64,000 nucleotides of DNA from the human T2T-CHM13v2.0 reference genome, Homo sapiens, in the NCBI RefSeq assembly GCF_009914755.1, contig NC_060930.1. One strand, given 5' to 3'. The translations under genes were made by a program, and so were the position numbers. Positions within the stretch are counted from its first letter, which is position 1, and each line of letters opens with the position of its first letter. Below the pieces are notes generated by a model, which was not told where the DNA came from, made no database searches, and saw only the letters and a list, made by a program, of their open reading frames with translations. Positions 56,149-64,000 of the stretch are shown here, piece after piece.

Positions 56149-56365
56149 TATTTAATTCTCACCACATTGTGAGGTAGGTATTATTATTCTTATCTCCATT
56201 TTGTAGATGCTAAGAGGTGAAGAAAGAGTCCATGGTGTCTACCGGGAGTGTTGATAGGCTTCAGAGAAAAGCTGGAAGAGGGAGTGGCTCATCGGAGCTC
56301 CACTACGGTCAGGGGTGCCTGTGTCTCTGGCGTGCACACACTGTAGTGTGGTCCTCTCACACTGC

Positions 56366-56532
56366 GGGTAGCCGTGTGCCCTGACTCCTGCCGTCCCACC
56401 GGGGTGCTGTGTGCCCTGACTCCTGCTGTCCCTCTGGGGTGCCGTGTGCCCTGACTCCTGCCGTCCCACCGGGGGTGCTGTGTGCCCTGACTCCTGTTGT
56501 CCTTCTGGGGTGCTGTGTGCCCTGACTCCTGC
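56366..56532. repeat. 35-bp GC-rich minisatellite, ~4.7 copies
   Basis: Units start at 56366, 56401, 56436, 56471 and 56507; core GTGTGCCCTGACTCCTG. Confidence 0.95.
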
Positions 56533-56856
56533 TCTCATCCCTGCTGTGCACCTTATTCTCAGCACCTAGCTGGGCACCTCATACATGACACAGGTGTATA
56601 AATATTTGTTGAAATGTACATACATTAATAGGAGCATCCTGAAAGCCTCTCTAATAAAATTATTCTTATATTTTTAAAGGTTTTGAAAACATTTTTAAAC
56701 TTCCTGGAGATAGAGGGTAAACATTCTCCGTTTAGTGAGTTCTGTTTCTGGCCACAGTTGAATAGAACATGTTTTTCTTACTAAATGAGAGAAAAGAACT
56801 AAAGAAAAGCAGAAACCCCCCTTATGCTTCTTCCAGAAAAAAAACCTTGGCTAATA

Positions 56857-57005
56857 GGGCTGGACGTGGTGGCTTATGCCCGTAAGCTTAGTGCTTTGGA
56901 GGCCAAGGTGGGAGGATCGCTTGAGGCCAGGAGTTTGAGACCAACCTGGGCAACAAAGTAAGACCCCCATCTCTACCAAAAAAAACAAAAACAAAAACAA
57001 AAAAA
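56857..57005 (+). mobile_element. FLAM / Alu left monomer
   Basis: Single monomer with (A)nC tail; TSD-like AAAAAACCTTGGCT. Confidence 0.85.
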
Positions 57006-57775
57006 ACCTTGGCTGAGGGCAACAGCATTAGTACTAGGATCTCCCTTCACCATTTGCAAAGCATTTTTCAAGCTGTACAGGTTAGGGCCTGAAATGGAAA
57101 TCGCTGCTCACCTAGTATGAATGACAGTGTTCTCACTGTCCCCTTGCCATTTGACTCCATGTCACACACCTTGTTTCTCCAAGATCATCATCACCCGGGA
57201 TCACTCTTCAGCCCAGAGAGCTCTGCACTCCTCCTCTCGCCTTGTGTCTCATCTCACACCCCCTCAGCCCAGCACACACCAGGAAGCCCTCCTCTCCTCT
57301 ACATGTCCTCTCTCTGCGAAAGCCCTACAGAAAAGTCCCTTCCACCATGAAGCTTTACCAGACCCATTCCCCAACGCTCCCGCCACTCAGCCCTTTCTTT
57401 GCCCCTGGATTCCACAGTGCGCAGTGCCTGATTCCTTCGATGAAGGTATCGACCAGTAATTCTCTTGCTCTCCCTAGCACAGAAACACAGAAGGGCCATA
57501 TCACCGGCCCTGAGGAATCCATGTTGTCAGAAACGCGTTGCTCACTGTTCCGAGGTACAGGCCCAGCACCGCATTTACATGCTGGAAGGATGTGTTGTCA
57601 TGATGACTGATAGGGTTGTCAACGGCTGGACAGTCATTGTCCTTGTCCACCCTTTCTGTTTCACTCATCAGATTTTTAAGAGTGCTGAATCACTGGAATG
57701 GCTTCTCAAAAAGATCATTGCAAACATTTACCATCCTCACTTTAGTGATCAACATATATTCTGATACTTGGTTAA

Positions 57776-58131
<356 letters not shown>

Positions 58132-59429
58132 TAAAGGATACAACTCAGGAACAGCCAAATGGAAGAGTCAACAGCCGAGTGGAACAGGGCAAGGTCTGGG
58201 AGGTGGGAGGGTCCCAAATGCAGAAGCTTCTATCGCCATGGAATCAGGGTGCACCTGATGCTTAGTTAGCATTTAAAAGCCATTTTGTTGCCTCCTTTTG
58301 CATCTGTCTCCTTATTGCGTGGAATAAGAAGAAATCAAGATGTGGCAATGAGATGAATGGCTCTGTCCTCCTGCAGCTCCACCCTCCTGTTTTCCTAGAG
58401 CTACTCAGGCTAGATAAATTGATCTCAGTCATATTTGTGAAGAGACAGTCCTAATCACACCACTTGCAATTGCTCATCTCTCTTACCAAAAAGAAAATTC
58501 CCAGGTTCTTAGTGCTTTGCCCTCTGAGAAAAAATTTTAAAGAACAACAAAATGTGCATAGCCCTTATTAGCATGGGTTCTCTGTGTCCCCAGGAGAGGA
58601 CATACTGTACAGGAAACACAAAGTTCTACATTTAGGGGAGTATAAACAGGCAATTCTGAAGAAACGATTTTAAACAAGTAATTGCTAAAGGAACAGAGCT
58701 TGAAAGAAAGTTTAAAAAAAGGAAGACACCCACAAGATAACTGATTGCCTATTGTCGTAGGTCGCTTGTCCTTCAGAAAGGAAACGAGACTCCAGCCTCC
58801 CTTGTTGCACAGATTTGCAGCAGGATGGTGATAAACTGCAACTCTCTCCCTACTCAGCCTTCTTCCTGGCGTGGAACAGGTTTTCACCATGGGCATCCAC
58901 AGAACAGTGCCAGATGTAGGGCACTGTGAAATGGACAAGGGTTTTCTATCTAGGTGATAACTGTGGTCTGAGCCAATTCTGATCCATGTGTATGAATCCC
59001 CAGGCAGACCCCTAAGCCTTGAAGAAAAAAGATGGTTTCTTGACCCTGCAAAGTCTGGATGCAAGGGGAGGGAGCAGTGAGAAATGGGCAGGAGTTGCTT
59101 TAAGTAAAAGTCCCTGAGAGGGCAGTGGGATTTGCTGAACCCCCTTTCTAGGCATCCTGGTCAACCACAGCCTGAGAGAAGAATGGTGGGGAGGGAGCCA
59201 GCTTAGAGGGCTTTCTGGCAAGGGGTTAAGACACCAGGGGCTGAAATTCAGCGGTGGCAAAGGAGGAATTCTCTTCCAAGTCAGCAGATTTACATCTCAG
59301 TCTGGTGGCCTTGGGTAAATCCCTTCACCCCTTGGAGTCTCAGCTGCTAAAATGCAAAATGGGAGAGTCATCCAAGTGACACTAGATCTTTCAAGATAAA
59401 ACTAGACAACGTGCATTAAAAACACATAT

Positions 59430-60142
59430 GAAACTAAACTTACTTTGACCACATGATTCAGCGATCCTGCTGCTGGTGTTTACTCAGAGAGGCTGAACAC
59501 TTATGGCCACACAAAAACTTGCACACAGATGTTTACAGCAGCTTCGTTCATAATTGCTAACACTTGAAAGCAACCAAGACTTCCTGAACTTGGTGAATGG
59601 ATAAACTATAGTATATCCAGACCATGGAATATTGTTCAGTGTTAAAAGGAAATGCACTATCAAGCCATGAAAAGACATGGAGGAACATCAAATGCATATT
59701 ACTAAGTGAAAGAAGCCAATCTGAAAAGGCTACATGCTGTATGATTCCAACTATTTAACATTCTGGAAAAGGCAAAACTACAGAGACAGTAAAGAAATCA
59801 GAGTTAGGGAGGGATGAATAGACTGAACACTGAGGATTTTCAGGGATGAAACTATTCTGTATGATACTACAAGGGTGAACCATTTGTCCAAACCCATACA
59901 TTATACATTTGTCCAAACCCATAGAATATACAGCACCAAGAATGAACCCTAATGTAAACTCTGGACTTTGGGTGATAATGATGTGTCAATGTAGATTCAT
60001 CAGTTATAACAAATGGACCCCTCTGCTGGGGATGCTGGTAGTGCAGGAGGTTGTGTGTAGGGTGGAGAGGGGAATGTGGAGAATCTCTGTACTTTCTAAT
60101 AAGTTTTTCTGTGAACCTAAAACTACTCTAAAAAATAAAGTA
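59430..60142 (+). mobile_element. L1MC1-like 3' end
   Basis: Ends GAACCTAAAACTACTCTAAAAAATAAAGT; internal 19-bp duplication CATTTGTCCAAACCCATA near 59881-59923. Confidence 0.75.
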
Positions 60143-60227
60143 TATATATGGATTCTCTACAAAGGAAAGTATAATTAATTCTATAGGTGTTATTTCTATA
60201 GTAACACCTGTGGAAATAAATGACTAT

Positions 60228-60310
60228 TACTCACAACATGCCACAGACTGCTACTTTAGAAGTGAGCTCCCAATCACAGCTCTTGAATCACACATGCAAA
60301 TAGGACAATC
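60228..60310 (+). repeat. Inverted repeat, left arm (83 bp)
   Basis: Reverse complement of 61183-61263 with 2 substitutions and a 2-bp indel. Confidence 0.95.
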
Positions 60311-61182
60311 AGGCTGTAGAAGTGGCTTGGAGATCCCCAGAGGAGGTCCCCCGAAGATTGTAGGGATGACAAGCCTTTGGAAAGCCAAGTGTGGTGACTT
60401 CACTTGGGTTCAAATGAAGCCCTTCGCAGGACTCGCAGTCCCACCCCTCCACCCCCCATGAGAATGCCACAGTAGTACCAAAGTTTAGGAAGGAAAGCTG
60501 GGAGTCAGGTTTTGATCTAAGAGGGAGGGGCAAGGAGCTTTGGCAAAGGCCTGAGGGGCAGAAGAACACCCGGGACATGCTTGCTGTATATTTCTTGGAG
60601 CCAAGATTTAGTAACCTGCTGGTATTTCTGATTTTTTATTCTTTTCTACCTTCCCTGCCCTCCAAAGAGAATGTTGTGTCATCCCCTCAGCATTAAATTT
60701 AAAAACTAAATGTGATAATATATGTTAAGGCGCTATATACATTTTTAGTGACATTATTTCTATTACTTTAATTCATCACAGAAATCCCCAGGCTGCTGCC
60801 TAAAAAGAACTGCCTCTTGGCCAATCAGCCCTGCTCTACATTTTAATGAGGGAGAAAAGGGTGGAAAGAGACAGGCTGGATGGGAGAGGCTGCAGAGGTT
60901 AAAAAGAGGCAGTGGCAGGAGAAAAGAGAAAAGGAAGAAAAATAAGCAGACCAGGTATGGCAGAGTGCTGGGGTGATGGGTTGCGTGGAAAGAGACCTCA
61001 GAGAAGCTGAGGCAGAGAGGGAACTGGGGAGGATCAGAAGTAGACTGTGGTGGGCCGTGGACTGGAATCTCTTTCAAGTTCTTCAGGAAATGTGAGTAAA
61101 TATTGGAATAAACATGGGAAACCTTTATAGTTAATGTTGGCTCTTGGACACTTCTATCCGACCCTATGCAGAGAACAGAACC

Positions 61183-61263
61183 GATTGTCCTATTTGCATG
61201 TGATTCAAGAGCTGTGATTGGGAGCTCACTTCTAAAGTAGTAATCTGTGGCATGTTGTGAGTA
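61183..61263 (-). repeat. Inverted repeat, right arm (81 bp)
   Basis: Reverse complement of 60228-60310. Confidence 0.95.
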
Positions 61264-61538
61264 TGGCAAGCTTTATTAATATCAGGCACAAAATTCTGGG
61301 ATAATAATAAAAGCACTGAGAATGGCAGTGGTGATTTATAATGATGACATAAAACACTGATGGTATGCTTACCATGTGCCAGGCTCTATGCTAAGTGTGT
61401 AGGTGCATTTGATGTTCAAAAAATACTACAGGGGAGGTATTCTTGTGATACTTAAACCAACCAACAGACGAGGAAACTGAGGCTGAGAGAGGGTAAATGA
61501 TAAGTCCAAAGACATTTCTATTGTGTCAGAGCCAGGTT

Positions 61539-62055
61539 TGTTACAGTGGGTAGCTAGTCGGGTATAAGCAGGGCAGGAGAGGGCTCCCACACACACCAGG
61601 AGTGTCAGGCGACCGTCAGGTCATGGTCAGGCTGTTGTTAACAGTCTCTCTAATGTAGTAATTAGTCACAGACAGCACCAGGGAAAGGCAGTCTCCTAAT
61701 AGAAGACAGCTGAAACTGGTGATCACAGCTTCCCAATAAGATCTCAGGAGTTGGGAGAACTAACACAAGACCTGGGAAGTATGCCAATGTAGAAAACCCC
61801 AAGTCAGAAAGTCAAATCGTGCACTTGATCTCCCAGGTCACCTACTTGGCCCTCTTCCAAGTGTACTTTCCTTCCTTTCATTCCTGCTCTGAAGCTTTGA
61901 ATAAACTTTTACTCCTGTTCTAAAATCTTCCTTGCCTCTCAGTTGAATTCTTTCTTCTGAGGAGGCAAGAATTGAGGTCGCTGCAGACCTGTATGGATTC
62001 ACCACTGGTAACATATTTTGGTGCCATGTGACTGAGATACCTTCCAATGCTAACA
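61539..62055 (+). mobile_element. Solo MER50-family LTR within a MIR
   Basis: TGTTACAG...GCTAACA; TSD GGTT (61535-61538 / 62056-62059). Confidence 0.8.
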
Positions 62056-63882
62056 GGTTTTGAATTCAAATAGTGTAATTTCAAAGCAGAGGCTCTGAAA
62101 TGGATGCATGTATGACATGCTGGTGGAGTGGGAGATTGCCATATAGTAAAATATTCAGTTATTCCTAGAAAAAGCGTGCTGGGAAGACAACTGCACTAAG
62201 CCAGGTCACTTACCCCCAGCAAGGCTAGATAGCTTCTGCTGGGCTGCTCTCAGCAGAGGGTTGCTACTTTCCATTTGGGTGAGATTAAGATGTCTTCATG
62301 CTATTTTCAAATCCTTCACCAGGCTCTGCTGACCTCTCTTCCTGGCCACTCTGAAGCCCACACCCTGATGGGGCCTCACCAATCAACACTAGCAAATTTG
62401 GTTCAGTGGCTCCTTGATCTAGCCATCCTGCCATCTTAACTGGATGCTTTTCTCCAAGCAGTAAGCAGCCAGCAACACTGGCCCTCATTTCACTTGGATT
62501 CTTGCTAATTTAAAGCAATGTGACATCAGATGGCCAGAAAGCATCAGAAGTAGGTCCCAGGAGGACAGTGAGGCTTTATAGTGACATTGGAACCACACTG
62601 CTCTGGGTGAGCATCAGAGGTACCTCGAGGCAGGAGACACAGTGGGGAGAGCCTAGAGAAAGAAGAGGCAAATGCTGGTCACCACCCTGCCAGGAGGGCT
62701 GGGATTGTGAGAAAATGTGAGACGTGGGCTGGAGAATCCAGGAATAGCAGGCAGTAGTGGGTTCGAGGGAGCTGAGGTCCGTGCAATTTCAGGTTGTGGT
62801 GAAGACAATGAAATGTTTTCCTCCCAGGCTGATGTAGCCCCAGAATCATAGGTCTTGTTGCTGACTCGTTTGTCTTAGGGTGATCCCTTTCATCAATGTC
62901 ACAAAGTCCTTGTGTAGGTCATGTTTCTGAGTCCACATTCATTGTCTGAAGTAGCTCCAAGTTCAAAGCCCAAAATGACGATTCATAGAGCAGCTCACTG
63001 AATACATGTTACATGGAGATTTATACTGAGCAGCTCATGGTCAGGGAAAGAATTCGAAACATAGAAATTTCCTCCCCTGCAAAAAGGCTACAAACTGGCA
63101 GATTTCTTAGGGTGATAGCCTATGCTTTCCTCTGAGAACTTCTCAGTGTATTAGTAAAAGACTAATCGTGTCTCTATCTCTGATTACCACTGGCTGCAAT
63201 GAGGACCAGACTTCCCTTGGAGCAACAGGATGAGCCTGGAGGGAGGACTCCATGGGGCCATCGATTCCCTCATCATTATGGGTCAAGGCAGTAGTCTGAG
63301 AGTCAAAGACCCATTAGCGATAATGCAGTCAAAATGGAAACTCAGAATGGTTCAAGCCCAAGGCAAGAGCAGAATCTGTGAATTAAGAGATTGAGTCATC
63401 CTTTCTAAACGTAGAAAAAATATATCAATTTATAGATTGTCACCTCAGCACCTGAGAGGGAGTTCAGAGAAACAGAAAAAGTAGGAGTTTGCAGAAGCTG
63501 AAGTTGGCTTATATTCTGCTAGATATTTCTAATAATAATAATAATGTTTACACAATATTACCATGAGTCAGGCATTGTTCCAAACATCTTACATATGTTA
63601 ACTCATTTAATCTGACCACTGTGTGACCACCTCACTGATATGACCAGTGCGGGCTGCCTACTCCTCTAAGTCTCTCCTTGATTTATAGTGTAATGCTTTC
63701 AGGACCAATGGAAACTAGAGGTGACCTGGGCTCATGTGATGTAAGGAATAACTTAGTCATCAACCTTTACTGAATGCTTGCAAATCTGTCATGAGCCACT
63801 AAAGATGTTGACATTGGCTAAATGCAAATCTGTCTGTAAGGGATAACCCTTTACATTAAAAAATAATAATAAAAATAAACTT

Positions 63883-64000
63883 CCAGGTGTGGTGGCTCAC
63901 GCCTGTAATCCCAGCACTTTGGGAGGCCAAAGTGGGCGGATCATGAAGTCAGACAATCGAGACCATCCTGGCTAACTTGGTGAAACCCTGTCTCTACTAA
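63883..64000 (+). mobile_element. Alu, cut by the window edge
   Basis: GGTGGCTCACGCCTGTAATCCCAGCACTTTGGGAGGCC. Confidence 0.92.

Noticed and set aside
58537-59064. 175-aa minus-strand ORF (also 49568-50038 and 60763-61269)
   Set aside because: No recognisable domain, coding-like composition or supporting exon structure; consistent with chance ORFs

Overview
Primate (very probably human or other catarrhine) genomic DNA. I can support no intact cellular protein-coding exon, RNA gene or CRISPR array here. Most of the window is interspersed repeat: about 15 Alus, L1/L2/MIR fragments, Tigger DNA transposons and many LTRs. The dominant structure is a ~21 kb pile of nested endogenous retroviruses at 12.5-33.1 kb. 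It has two parts. First, a truncated MER61 provirus carrying MER4A1, LTR15, LTR17 (HERV-W), an L1PA that itself holds an LTR12C, and LTR10C. Second, a two-LTR MER57 provirus whose env remnant is split by a ~8 kb antisense, decayed HERV1/HERV3(ERV3)-like gag-pro-pol-env provirus, with a MER4E inside its 3' LTR. Repeat annotation does not explain three local templated duplications: a direct plus inverted mosaic at 3.6-6.4 kb, an inverted copy of the provirus RT at 21.5 kb, and an 83-bp inverted repeat at 60.2/61.2 kb. Also notable are a long Alu-tail GAA/TTC repeat, a 35-bp minisatellite and a possible LTR6-driven minus-strand spliced lncRNA. Repeat subfamily names come from recall of consensus sequences, not from a database search. 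Boundaries with target-site duplications (TSDs) were read directly from the sequence. I see no evidence for a new protein-coding system.
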